Under the pieces are notes generated by a model. That model saw nothing but the letters and a program-made list of their open reading frames with translations, was not told the origin of the DNA and searched no databases. This document shows positions 1 through 11,817 of a stretch of 64,000 nt of DNA, one piece after another; within the stretch, counting starts at the first letter, position 1, and the number at the start of each line of letters is the position of its first letter. Position numbers and translations under genes: made by a program. Source of the DNA: Phallusia mammillata (Eukaryota); the NCBI GenBank assembly GCA_965637545.1, contig OZ281494.1, positions 17,360,001 to 17,424,000 of the forward strand, given 5' to 3'.

Positions 1-1
1 T

Positions 2-823
2 GCAAGACAGCTGACTACAATAAGCAGAAGGACCTACACTGTTCCGTGTCCTAATTATATTTGGCACATAGATGGAACACATAAGCTCATAAGATGGAAA
101 TTTGTCATACATGCAGCTATGGATGGCTTTAGTCGTCTCATTACATTCTGCCACTGTTCAACCAATAACAGATCATCTGTAGTGTTAAAATTGTTTAAGG
201 AAGCTGAAGCAAAATATGGTTTACCATTACATGTTCGATCCGACTATGGAGGAGAAAATGTGCAAGTGTGGAATTACATGCTAGAAAAGCATCAGAACTA
301 TCATGCAGTTATTACTGGAAGCTCTGTCCATAACCAGCGCATTGAAAGGTTCAACCGTGATATAAACACACAAGTTGTAAATAAATTTTACAATGACTTT
401 TTCTTTCTTGAAGAAAGTAATTTGCTTGACCCAACAAATGATACAGATTTGTTTTGTTTACATTTTGTGTTTTGCCACATCATTAATAAGCGAATCCAGG
501 AGTTTGTTAATGCTTGGAACAAGCACAGTCTTTCCACTGAAAAAAATTGCACTCCTGAACAGTTGTTTCATCTTAACTTACATTTACTTCAACTGCAAAC
601 TTTAAACGATACTGGTAAAATAGATAGTGAGGATATTGTATGCCCAGGTACAAGTTCTGTTGAAGTAGACGCTATTCCCCATTTACCACATGAATGTGTG
701 AGTGAGCTACAGGACCTATTGCAGCAAAACTCTAATCTAGATGGAATTATTTTGTATAAAAATGCAGTCAATAAAACGTTGGAATATTTAATCCGGACAC
801 AACACAATGCTTTGGTAGTGTAA
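2..823 (+). CDS. Integrase core (rve, IS3/IS481-like) DDE transposase, 5'-truncated by the window
   Basis: The frame is open from nt 2 (ARQLTTISRRTYTVPCPNYIWHIDGTHKLIRWKFVIHAAMDGFSRLI...). The catalytic triad is intact: WHIDG (D), RSDYGGEN (D), NQRIERFNR (E). The C-terminal LFCLHFVF...FVNAWNKH...TPEQLF segment is typical of this family. Confidence 0.88.
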   Translation, partial: ARQLTTISRRTYTVPCPNYIWHIDGTHKLIRWKFVIHAAMDGFSRLITFCHCSTNNRSSVVLKLFKEAEAKYGLPLHVRSDYGGENVQVWNYMLEKHQNYHAVITGSSVHNQRIERFNRDINTQVVNKFYNDFFFLEESNLLDPTNDTDLFCLHFVFCHIINKRIQEFVNAWNKHSLSTEKNCTPEQLFHLNLHLLQLQTLNDTGKIDSEDIVCPGTSSVEVDAIPHLPHECVSELQDLLQQNSNLDGIILYKNAVNKTLEYLIRTQHNALVV

Positions 824-1032
824 ATTTGATGCATGAACTAATGTAACAGTTTTTTGATTTGCATGTTTTGAAAACAACACAAAAATGTGCCAGCAAGATG
901 TCATTTATTTCGGGTTTAAATCCAGGTAGTGACCAGAAAAGCACTGGCTAAAAAAGATCAAAAACAAAAGAACACCCAACTAGCCATTTCAAAGGATCCA
1001 AAATATCAGGGTAGATTTGTGTTATATTTCAG

Positions 1033-4000
1033 TTAAGCAACACCAAATCCGGGGGAATTCAGGATTGCAAAATCCATTGCTTCTTTGAAGTTTTCATACT
1101 TGCTGTATCTTGTGGGTACAGTCAATATGTTCGCACAAGTGTTTGCCAAAGGGTACATAGACTCGTTCGAGAACTCAATGGATGGAGTTGGAGAAAAACC
1201 AAGAGGAGGCACTTGATCTGCCCCAGTTGCAAATATTAAAATTTCTTTTATTGAACATAAAGATTCCCCATCTGAAATGAAAGTCAAAACACAAGTCATG
1301 TGTTGTATGCTAATGTGCTGAATGTGAATACCTTCAACATCCAGTATGTAATCCCTCCAGAAGGAAACCGCCCGATTTTCCTGGCATCTTTCGTTGCTTC
1401 CAGGTTCTGATAGATTTAAATTGATGAAAATTGAGTCAACAATTTCTATGCCACTCAATGGTTTATTGTTTTGCCACAGAAAAATATCCTCAAATCCATT
1501 TGGTGCCAATTTTGCCTTATGTAGCAAATTATGTGTCATTAGACCAAGTCTAAACCTTGAAATAAACAAAAACCTCTTACTGTCTCAGTAATATAAATCA
1601 TTGCTTTTAAGCCATACCTGGCCAATAACTCGGTAAGGCGATCCTCTGTATAAAATTTAATTGCTTTTTCAACAATGTCATTTTTGCATGACAGGTCCTT
1701 CACAAATGTAATGGAACCACAAATAGACAAGAAATCATCCATATCTGACAATGCCACATTTAATTCCTCTACTGTATCAGTATTTTTGATCTGTTGACAA
1801 GTTGAATTTATCTTACAAAGTTGACAGTTTAACATACAAATACTATACAATTGAATTAGCGCTTACTTTTGTTAACTTGGAAAACAAGACAGGGTCATTT
1901 ATAGTTGCAAGAGCGTCCAAAAAATTTCTTGATCTATCAAGAACTTGATCATACAATAACTGGGAAAAAAAGCGTGGAGCAGGCCCACCATGAATGATTG
2001 AAAGGGAGATAATACACCCATACACATAATACAGGTCCTTGGCAATTGCTATAAAATAAACACAACTATTAATTTGGTAGTATTTTTCATTCTTAATTTG
2101 CTTCAATATACCGTAACAAAAGTACACATTTTACAAAGTTGTTTGCTAATCAACAAACTGTAGAACTAAGGTATATCTAATGTACTATTATGTACCTGTT
2201 TCATTTCTTGTGAGAATTTTTGCTGTTTCATTTCCTTCAAATATTATGCTGTTTGCCACAGCTTGCATTACTAATCTTAAAAATTCTCTGGTAGGTCCAC
2301 CTGCATCTACAGCACCCTCAGACTGGCCAATATCATCACTAAATTTCACACTCATTCTTGCATTAGCACAAAAACTTTTTCGCTTTATGGCACGGACAGC
2401 ACAGTCCAGAACATTTTGGCGATTGACATTAAAGAAGTTTACTTGACTTTCATCGATGCTGTCTCTAATACACCTTATAGACTCATGAGCAGATAATTCC
2501 TCAACTTGGCACCTTCAGAAACACAGTTAATTAACCTTCTTTGTACCAAATATTGCTACCATGTGTCAAATTCCAAACTCATCGAAAAAACTAACACTGA
2601 AACATGTACCTATCTTTGTTTGGGGTTTCTAGCAATGAAGCCTCAATTGCCTCTTGAATCAGAGTGTCCTCATCAATTTCCTCAGATATCAAGTTTACAT
2701 AATCCCTAACAACATAAGTGCAATTTGGTAACCAATACACAAACATACCTGAAGTTATTTTGTTGTGTGCAAGTCAATTTTAGTAATTACAAATAACCAC
2801 AAAAAATTAAGAGATAAATTTAAGTGTCCACTTACATGTACAAAGAAGGTGTCTGACATGTGCCAGGTTTGGTATTTGAGCACTCCTGTAAACACAAAAT
2901 ATTTTTGCAATAAAAAATAATTTGAAATGTTAGAAAATCTAACTAGAAAGTTTTGCTCACCCCACACTTGAAATCTTCATCTAAAACTGAATTATATTTA
3001 TGCAAAGAAATGTTTGAACATGTTTTGTCACCTTTCTGCAATAAATTTATAAAATTGTCATTCCCTATTGTTTTATGATTGTTAATTTGACATTTACATA
3101 CTCATATTACCTCAACAGTTTTTTCTGTCAAAAGATTCATGGAGGATTTCAAAAGTTGGTGTTCTTTTTGTACAGTGACGTAAATAATGCTTTTACCGAG
3201 TGAAAGCACTGCAGCAGCATCCCATCTAAATGATTCACTTACTTTTGGCTTAACAAGTACTTTCAAACCAGGCAAATTGCTGAGATAATCAAACTGTAGT
3301 AAATCTTTTGACAATAATGGTGTTTGAAATGGAGTAAATTGACTTTTGAAAACATCTGAAATCTCTCTTCTTACTTCCTGTTCAGACCAGCTGTTACTTA
3401 TTGAAATCTTTGCAACTAACCCAATAGCAGCAAGTTCACTTCTGTTTTTTCCTCTTGGTATTTTAAACGCAATGTTGTGCGAGTTGTTTTGTACTTGCTC
3501 CATTATATTTGCAGGTATGCAAATTATAGTTCGGGTGTAATACATTGTTTTTGGTTTTGTTCGTCTTCTACCTCCTTTTACTGCGGTTGGCACATACCTA
3601 GATCCTCTTTGTTTTGTGCACGAGGGTAGTGAATGTTTGTAATCCTGCCAAACATTTTTATTTTTTTCAACAAAACCAACCCAAATAGCCGAATTAACCG
3701 AATGAAAAACACTAACTGTCATATACAAAACTACCTTTCTAAAATCGTCATCATCACTGTCAGATTCTATAAACAACAGCTTTGTTGCTTCATTTCCACC
3801 AGGCCTTGTCACCTAATTTAAAGTACAACATGTTTAAATGATAATGCTAGTGATTATATACATTTAAATGCAAAAAATACCTACAGGGCACAAAGTTTTT
3901 ATTTGTTTTAATTTTTAAGGTGTCAAATACTGAATGATATTAATCCAACAAGAACCATTTGGGAGTGTAAAAATGTTTGGCCTAAAGATAACTTATTTTT

Positions 4001-4208
4001 GTATGGGTGTTACCTAATGTAAATCAAATGGCAGAATTGAAATTTAGTTTACTTTTGATGGTTGTTCATGGTTGGGTGTCACTGGTCCAATTTTATCAGT
4101 TGTGGAAGAGCATGTTGGAGAATCCGAATTGTTGGTTACAGTACCAATAATTGCTGCAGCAAAGTCACCTACAGCTTTTTTTATGTGCTCTTGCAGGTTT
4201 GCATCCAT
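1033..4208 (-). CDS. G2E3-like HECT E3 ubiquitin ligase with a UIM-like motif, 10 exons, about 682 aa
   Basis: GT-AG exons 4208-4053, 3812-3735, 3644-3111, 2885-2836, 2705-2610, 2512-2196, 2048-1867, 1790-1618, 1555-1332 and 1271-1033 join in frame (2049 nt). HECT motifs: DAGGPTREF, SIIHGGPAP, IFATGADQVPPLGF, catalytic PLANTC, terminal GFG. UIM-like segment LIQEAIEASLLE. Confidence 0.85.
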
Positions 4209-4541
4209 ATTATCGTTTCGCCCAAAAAAACGAACTGAAACAAATCCTACGTGATAACGAGTACCTTCTATGTTACACCCACCGGGAGTTCACATAAAAA
4301 TATTTTTTTTCTGGTTTTGGAACCGAGATTTTTCACGCCGTTCGTTCGCTGCATTGCTGATGTTTAACCGTATTTGTCACTATCAGTCCTAACCTGTTTG
4401 GTTATATTTTTTATAAAATGGTACAGTTGTCAATGAACAGCTGATTTCTGAACGAAATCAGAAACGTAGCATGTAATTTAAGCCCCAACACCCTGTTGAT
4501 TATAATGGTTCGGTCCATCACTTAGTTCGTCATGGTTCAGT

Positions 4542-4904
4542 GCTAAATCGGAATGGCATTCCCGTTCTGATTTAGCTAAATCGTAATGATTTAGTTAAAT
4601 CGGAATGGAAATGTTATTTCTGTTCTGATTTAGCTAAATTGGAATGGCATTCCCTTTCTGATATAGCTAAATCGGAATGAAAATGTGACTCTCGTTCTGA
4701 TTTAGCTAAATCGGAATGGCATTCCCGTTCTGATTTAGCTAAATCGGAATGAAAATGTTATTCCCGTTCTGATTTAGCTAAATCGGAATGACATTCCCTT
4801 TCTGATTTAGCTAAATCGGAATGAAAATGTTATTCCCGTTCTGATTTAACTAAAGCGGAATGGCATTTCCGTTTTGATTTAGGTAAATCTGAATGGAAAT
4901 GACA
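4542..4904. repeat. Higher-order array of about 11 near-palindromic 22-mers (TTCTGATTTAGCTAAATCGGAA) with alternating 11- and 17-bp linkers
   Basis: The core GATTTAGCTAAATC is a perfect 14-bp palindrome. Linkers alternate TGGCATTCCCG and TGAAAATGTTATTCCCG, giving 33+39 = 72-bp periodicity. Copies degrade at both edges. Confidence 0.95.
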
Positions 4905-5219
4905 ACAAATATTTTTACAAACGGCGCCCCATAATCTATTGTGTACTAACAATGCGAAAACCCAGACACCTCAAGCGTCACTGGAGAAATGGTGACGTCA
5001 TAAACAGTTAAGACGAATCGCAACACTGGTCAGTGTAATTTGTGCATCAAGTTAAAATTTATTCTGGGCCTTTGGGGCGACATTTGATGTTTATACATAC
5101 ATGTGTAAAATATGTAAATCAATTTCTTGGCTGTTGGTGAAATAATTAAGCATCTGTGATGCGGCCGCCATATATATGATTAGTATAAGGTTTTACGTGA
5201 AAGTAGTTCAACTGTATTG

Positions 5220-7396
5220 TTAAATCTTACCTTTTTTGTATTCTTCCAGCTTGCCTCCCTCTATTGACGCTTTAATATTCGCTGCCACCAAATCAGCTTG
5301 CTGTTGTCCTGTATGCGGCGTTTTCTCCACATCACAATTATTTACATGACCAATAGCAAAAATATTGCTGCAACCTTGAACTTGTAAGTTGGCCTCAACC
5401 TTGATGGCTCCCGAATCTAGCAGCGCATTTTCTGAAGCAAAACAACTCCGTGCAAACTTTTGATCATGCATCTATTATGTGCATGATGTGAATTTTTTAC
5501 CTAGTGCCGGTTTGCAGAAATCGCTGGAAATCGTATATTGGTCACAAGGAACAATTAGGTCCACTTCAACTTCTTTGCCATTCGATGTTTTTACTTTTTG
5601 GTTTTCCAGAAGTTCGTTAAACTTTAAATCATCTGTATTGGTGACACTTTGATCTGTTTGCAATTGGCAAGTTAGTTTCCACTGTACAAACACTTTTTTT
5701 GCTAAAAAGTATAAGCTGTTTAAATATCTTTTGCGGCATAAGTAAAACGCCACTTCCCTTATCATAAAAGTAAAGTTTGCTGGAACGTAAAACGTAGCAC
5801 TCAAATCCCCGAAACATTGCACTTTTTAAGTCATGATTACAATCAATGAAAAAAATAATAACCGCAAATATCAGTTTGAACCACACCAACCGACCTAGCA
5901 TCAGATCAACGTCTTTTCGTTGCAGTTTTTCATTTAACTCGTCTTGAAACTCTTGATTTACGTGTGGTGATGTCAGATTCTTTTTGTGATGAATGATGAT
6001 AACCTGTAAATTAACACACAATAACACACCAGCATGTATCCATTACAATCACTGGTAATCAACATCCACTTGCCTGTTTGTCAGGATAATCCGTCTTAAT
6101 TTCTCCAGCTAGCTCACAAGCAAAGGTGTTTCCCCCGATGCAGGCAATGCGGTGCGCTTTTTTCATCTATGCAATTATGTATTTGAGTTTATTGCAGATC
6201 TGTGAGCAAGCTCAAAACGGGACCCGAATCCGAAAGTACAACCCCAAAACCGACCTAACCCGCTTTTAAAAATAAAGTCCTATTTAAGCCGGAAAGTTAG
6301 TTTAGCCAAGGTGAAATGCAACTCCATACAACACGGAAGTGCTTTCATTTTACATAACAGCGTATGTTCTTTACCGTTTCTGTAAACTCTTTGTACAAGT
6401 GTTTTGCCCCCTCCATTGTGGCATCTTGTTTGTTTTCGTACTTTGCAGGAAATGGTTGAGACGCTCCAGCGGCTATTACCAAGTAGTCGTAGGCGACCTG
6501 AAAAATGTTTTCAGAAGTTCTTTTTTTAAACACCTTTAATAACTCTATAAAACTTAGTTGTGGTAGCATCAGGTAATAGAGATTGGATTCGACTCCAGTT
6601 ATTTGCTATAGGCATATCCACGTTTTTTTTGCTCATAAACTTATTAGAGGCCCCATATATTTAAATTAATAAAGATTTCTTATGGCCAATGCACTCCGAA
6701 ACGATATGATTTTATTGTTACAAGCTCGAAAAAGTGATGGTGCAAATGCACTTTGCTATGATATCAAGCTACGTAGAATGTGCAGAGCAATTAATGGGGA
6801 ATCAAGATTATAGCACGGCAAGGCACAGCACCAAACATTAGCGGATTTTAGCGAAATAGCAATGCTAAATGTTGTCAATGTTCCGGCCTAACCACTACAT
6901 GCTTTGATACGCGGGCTAAATTTTATACGAAATGTGGCATTTGGCTTTAATTTGTTTGCCATAATATTTGAGTTGTAAAAAAACATTACAACAACAAACG
7001 TTTTTTTTAACTGCAGCGGTACAGGATGAGACGCTGACACTCACTTTTTTTCCATTTTGCAACATAACAACATTCTTGTCTTTTTTAATCGCAGTCACTC
7101 GTTGTCTTATGTGGTTGGATATAATCTTGTTAAACGGGATAAACATGTTTTTGTCAAACTCTGCAAAGTATAAAATTGAAAATAATATTTTTCTTACGTG
7201 AACTGTATTCACACTTACCCGGTTCCACTATTGAACGAGCAGATGCCACATTGTGCTGCATACATTCTCCCGGATCAATTAAAGTTGTTTTACAAACGGT
7301 TTCTTTTTGTAACAGGAATGCCAGACGCGTCCCACTGTAGCCACCACCAACTATCAGAACGTGCGGGACTTTAGGCTTGGAATTACCAAAACCCAT
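5220..7396 (-). CDS. AIFM2: Divergent AIFM2/FSP1 paralogue with degenerate NAD(P)H and FAD motifs; canonical last exon not found
   Basis: Starts MGFGNSKPKVPHVLIVGGGYSG (myristoylation consensus plus first GxGxxG). Seven exons join in frame at the same intron positions as the neighbouring copy. The second motif is GGNTFACELAGEIK, and AIGH replaces AIGD. If the last donor is not used, the frame ends KKGKI* at 5220. Confidence 0.8.
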
Positions 7397-8217
7397 GATA
7401 CCGGTGTGAGTTATAGAGAAGAAATAAACTTGTTTCTTTTTTAGGCCTGACTTTGTTGGAGATTTAAAAGTAAGCTATTGTAAAACATGAAGAGTTATGC
7501 CTGAAAAATTAAGAACTTTATGCAGATTCAGATACCATATACAAAAGGAAGAGAGACCACCATTACTTTAGCTAAGATCTGGCTTAAAATCTGTCTTTGA
7601 TGATGTTGCTTGTCAGCTGTACTTTCTATAAATGCCTAGAAATGTATTGTTTTAGAGATATCAGCACCAGAATCTATATTTTCCTAATCTATATTCAGCA
7701 AGTAAGTTAGTTTTTCCAAGCACTCGGTCACAATGACTTTGTAGGCCTTCTATCAAGATTACACAGCCATTTCGCGTAGGCAGCGGGGCCACTTAAGTTG
7801 CTTGCTTGAGTTGGCACTTCAAGCCAATGAGCGACCTTTCTTGACAATGCCAGCCATAAAAACAAACCGGGTATTCGACATATGCGTACAAAGGACTCGA
7901 AATGTGATATGTGTTTGTGGTAATAAAAGCATCGTATAAGTTTCAAAAGTCGAGCGTCTGTCTTGGCTGATGTGGTTTTAACGCGGAATTAAAACCACAC
8001 ACACAGTTCTTTTTGACACGCACAAACATTAAGATAATTTTACATAGTTTTAAAATTTTACCTCTCACGACCCTCGTTTTCACAAAAAAACTAAAATGAG
8101 TTGCAGGCCAAGACAGAAAAGAAACATAATGCGGGGTTTTCGCTTAAATAGGAGTAACTTCGATTGTGCAGTTTGACTCCTGCAGTAAATATTAACATTC
8201 GGCCTATATTAAAATCT

Positions 8218-8338
8218 CAGACTGAAAACTTTGACAAGTCTGAAGTCGTCCACCGTTTTATTTAGACATACATATTTCACCTGAGTAATTATACTTAAAA
8301 CGGTGGACGACTTCAGACTTGTCAAAGTTTTCAGTCTG
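8218..8338. repeat. Perfect 43-bp inverted repeat with a 35-bp spacer (MITE/foldback-like)
   Basis: CAGACTGAAAACTTTGACAAGTCTGAAGTCGTCCACCGTTTTA (8218-8260) and its exact reverse complement (8296-8338). No clear TSD. Confidence 0.85.
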
Positions 8339-8847
8339 TTATTATATGCGACCGTTGTCTCCATCTGTCGTACTGAGTCTCTGGTGACTCGTGATTTATA
8401 ATATACTACACACAGTTTATATTAAAATCTGATTTTAAATAATACTTCATTTATCATGGTATTCTTTCTTCGTTCATTTACCCGCTGTTAGGCAGTACTT
8501 TAATGCGAATCGAAATTTTTTTAATCTTAATTGAAGCTTGTTTTTGCTGAAAGAACTCACGATTGGAAAGAACGAAACATACGACATTACTAAAAGTTAG
8601 TGGAATTTTCTGCCTGTTGTTGGGTTTCGTTGTTAGTTTATGTTATTAAAACGTAGTATCTTTAGTAAGGTGACATGAGTAACGGAGGACATACGTCGTG
8701 AAACAACACGATGACTTAAAGCTACGTTGCTTCTCTATAACTTCAACCAAAAACATTAAAAAAAGGGGGAAAGTTTGATACATATTAAAATCTCAGTGGC
8801 GTAGCAGGATGATACATCAACGTAAAATGTAGTCAACTATGCGCTGT

Positions 8848-11817
8848 TTAAGTCTTTGGTGGTTTTAAACCCACATCTCCCCAGACCTTGGACGAAAAAA
8901 GATCTTTGCTTTTCAGATATTTCACCATCACGTTTCCAAGAGTAAATCCTTTTACTTGCCCCGTTCCGCCATTACGACCCAACGGAACCAACATCATAAA
9001 ATCACCTGTATGAAAAATATCCTTAGTACACGCCAGTGAAAGGTTTGTAAACACGTTTAAATTAGGCTACACTTACTTATAGTAGAAAATGTTGGATAAC
9101 ATCTTCAGCTTTACAAGCGTTGCCTTATAAAGAAGACGTGAAATGTGGTCATTCTTACTTGTTTACATTTCTACTGAAAATTAGTCGTATTAGCCCCGCC
9201 ATATTGGAACAAGAAAATAATTATAAGCAGGCCAAAAATGTCATAGCTTTGTAAACACCCTTGAGTCAGAAGCCATTTGATAAAAATCCTGGTCGTTTTC
9301 AAATTTATGTCGTTTTTAGTTTTACCAGCGATGTGTACCCAAGTGGAAATAATAAACTTAAAAGCCTACCTGGAACATAAGGTTTTCTTTTAGAGTCTGA
9401 CGCATCGGCAATCCAGTTTTCAGTCAAGTATTCGGCGTGGTATTTTGCGACGTAACACAATTTTTCTTCCACGATGTTTGTGACGTCACCGATTGCATAC
9501 ACGCCTTCTTGACCTTTGACTTGAAAAAATTCATCGACTTGGAGTTGGCCGGAATCCGTTAACGATGAACCTGCAGTGAAAGTTATTACAGAGTTTTTGA
9601 TGTTAAAAAATGCTACGTTGGAAATGCATTAGCTTACCAAATACGTCCTTGCAAAAATCGGTGTTGGTACGGTTTCCTACGCATGATATTACCAAATCGG
9701 CAACGATGCCTTTTCCACTCTCTGTCTTTACAACTTGACCCTGCATCGACTTGTTCAAACTGAGCTCGTTCATGTTTTGTACGTGTTCACCTGCAAGTAT
9801 AGGCATATAACCGAGAGCTTTTGATTTGTAGTGATATTTTGGTTGTTACTACTAACCAAACATAATCTTAACTCCTAGTTCTTCAAGCCCAGTTACTATT
9901 GCTTCCTTTACATCCGTTTTCAGCTTTTCTGATCCCAAGTAGTTCTTTGACTGAATTAGCGTAACCTACAAAGAAAAAGTAGCCATCAGTCTCGTTCACA
10001 AAACTTGAGGTAGAGGTTGTTTTGAACCGTTTACCTCGTGTGTAGGAAATTCGGTTTTTATTTCGCCAGCTAATTCCACGCCAACTGGTCCTCCGCCGAC
10101 GCAGACTACATGATTCGACTTTGCAATCTGCAAAACCAGAAAAGACCGTAAAATGTATTTCTACCGCTGTAAACAATCAACAAATATGATGATGATCATG
10201 ATGATGATCATAGCCTACTGTATTTTGGCCAATTTAATTACTAAACAATCTAATCAACCAGGACGTAAAGCAGGCTTACTCAACTATCATCAGCAACGAT
10301 TCCATTAATTAAAGTTATTCAATTTTGCGATAATGTGAAATATGTCCAAGGATGGTGGAGCCATTTTTTTTCTTTTTGTGGCATTTTTTGAAAACAAAAA
10401 TGACTGATTAGTTTAATAAACTTTCAAAAACATTTACAGTTTTAGTTTTTTTGTCAAAATGAATTACCTCGTCAACAAAGTCGTCGTACACTTTTATACC
10501 TTCCTCAATAGATACGTTCGGATGAGTTGAAACAATTTTTCCGGGAAATGGCGAAACTGTACCCGTAGCTATGACCAAATGAGTGTAGGTAATCTGCACA
10601 TTAGGAAACGGATGATCAACAACAGGGATACAATATCGTAACGTTTGTTTACACAACTGATATGAAAAACATAACCATGCACTCACGCTGTTATAAAAGC
10701 TACGTTGTATATTTACCAACCTTCACGCCACTTTCAAGTATGACCGTTTTATTTTCGTGATCAATTTTCGCAGCTTTTCCCCGAACAAATGAATCGCCTG
10801 CGATTTCTTTCAAAGGGACGAACACCTTTTTAGCATATCCTGCAATGAAATCGCAATGAAGTCTTAAGAAATAGCGGTTGGCAAAATGTTCAAGTCAAAA
10901 ATTCAAGTCAAATGTTCAAGTCAAACATTCGTAACACGGATTTTACGATTGTAGACATGGTTGTACGTCACATAACACGGTTTGTCTGTCAATAGAACAT
11001 TTGAATTTGTGACAAGAATTCGGTCACACAAACATCCAGTTAACATCCATCAATTGCATTTGTCCAAACTGATCTACTCTGGGTAAATGGTCTTTTGGGT
11101 AATCTCTGTTTTTAGATCAACGTCTTTAACACGCGATTTCGTAATTGTAAACTTTATTGGTAGCGCCATGTTGGTGGACAAGCCCGTAATTGCTATGCAC
11201 GCATATTTTAGAACTGTTAGCTTGGCCCCATTAACAATGCCAAGTCGGGTGTAAACTGACCAGATCTTCTTTTGAATAAATGTCGTTCTCTCTTTAAATA
11301 TTGCTGACTCGTCTTCAGTAAATATAAAGTGAACAATTTTGGAGTAGGAAGCTCCACTGTGCATTTCGCTTTACCGTTAAAATCCCTGTACTTCGTGTGT
11401 TTATATTAATACATTGGCTTAATTCTGTCATAGTTTCATAATAACATAATTGTAATCATACAAATGCAGTGGCGTTCTACTTTAATTCAGGTTAGACAAC
11501 AAAATAAAACTCACGTGCAACCTTATGTTTAGCGTGTTAATTAAACAGGATTCAATTACTAGCTGATATTGCTAAAACATTAGATGTCTATAAAAAGCAA
11601 AATAGGTCGCAACATCTCATGTGTCGATTTTACCTTTCTGGACACAAGCTCGTAAAGCAGCGACACAGTGAATCATGGAATCTTTGGGATCAATTACGGT
11701 TACTTTACAGAAGTTCTTATTCCTGAGTAGGGTGGTAAGATATGCTCCGCCGTAGCCTCCTCCTACTATTACCACGTGCATGTCGTCTTGAAACGGGACG
11801 GAAGTAACGGCACCCAT
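8848..11817 (-). CDS. AIFM2: Ferroptosis suppressor protein 1 / AIFM2, canonical copy, 8 exons
   Basis: Motifs: MGAVTSVPFQDDMHVVIVGGGYGG, LVIATG, VCVGGGPVGVELAGEIKTEFP, YAIGDV, and last exon LVPLGRNGGTGQVKGFTLGNVMVKYLKSKDLF. All match known AIFM2 motifs and exon phases are consistent. Confidence 0.92.

Larger units (their letters stand above)
1..4904. mobile_element. Candidate two-gene DNA transposon (IS3EU/IS481-like): DDE integrase plus convergent HECT E3 ligase plus terminal palindrome array; left end lies outside the window
   Basis: Integrase (+) and HECT gene (-) are convergent, with stops about 210 bp apart. A palindrome array follows and ends in ...GGAAATGACA (4904), a CA end as in the TG..CA ends of IS3-family elements. 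Only one end is visible, so TIR and TSD are unconfirmed. Confidence 0.55.

Noticed and set aside
4542-4904. CRISPR array (palindromic repeats with spacers)
   Set aside because: The linkers are two recurring fixed sequences of 11 and 17 bp rather than unique spacers, there are no cas genes, and the context is eukaryotic.
11074-11364. 96-aa ORF in AIFM2 intron 1 with faint Pif1/Helitron helicase-like words (GIVNGAKL)
   Set aside because: Motif similarity is too weak, with no other helicase motifs or Helitron ends.
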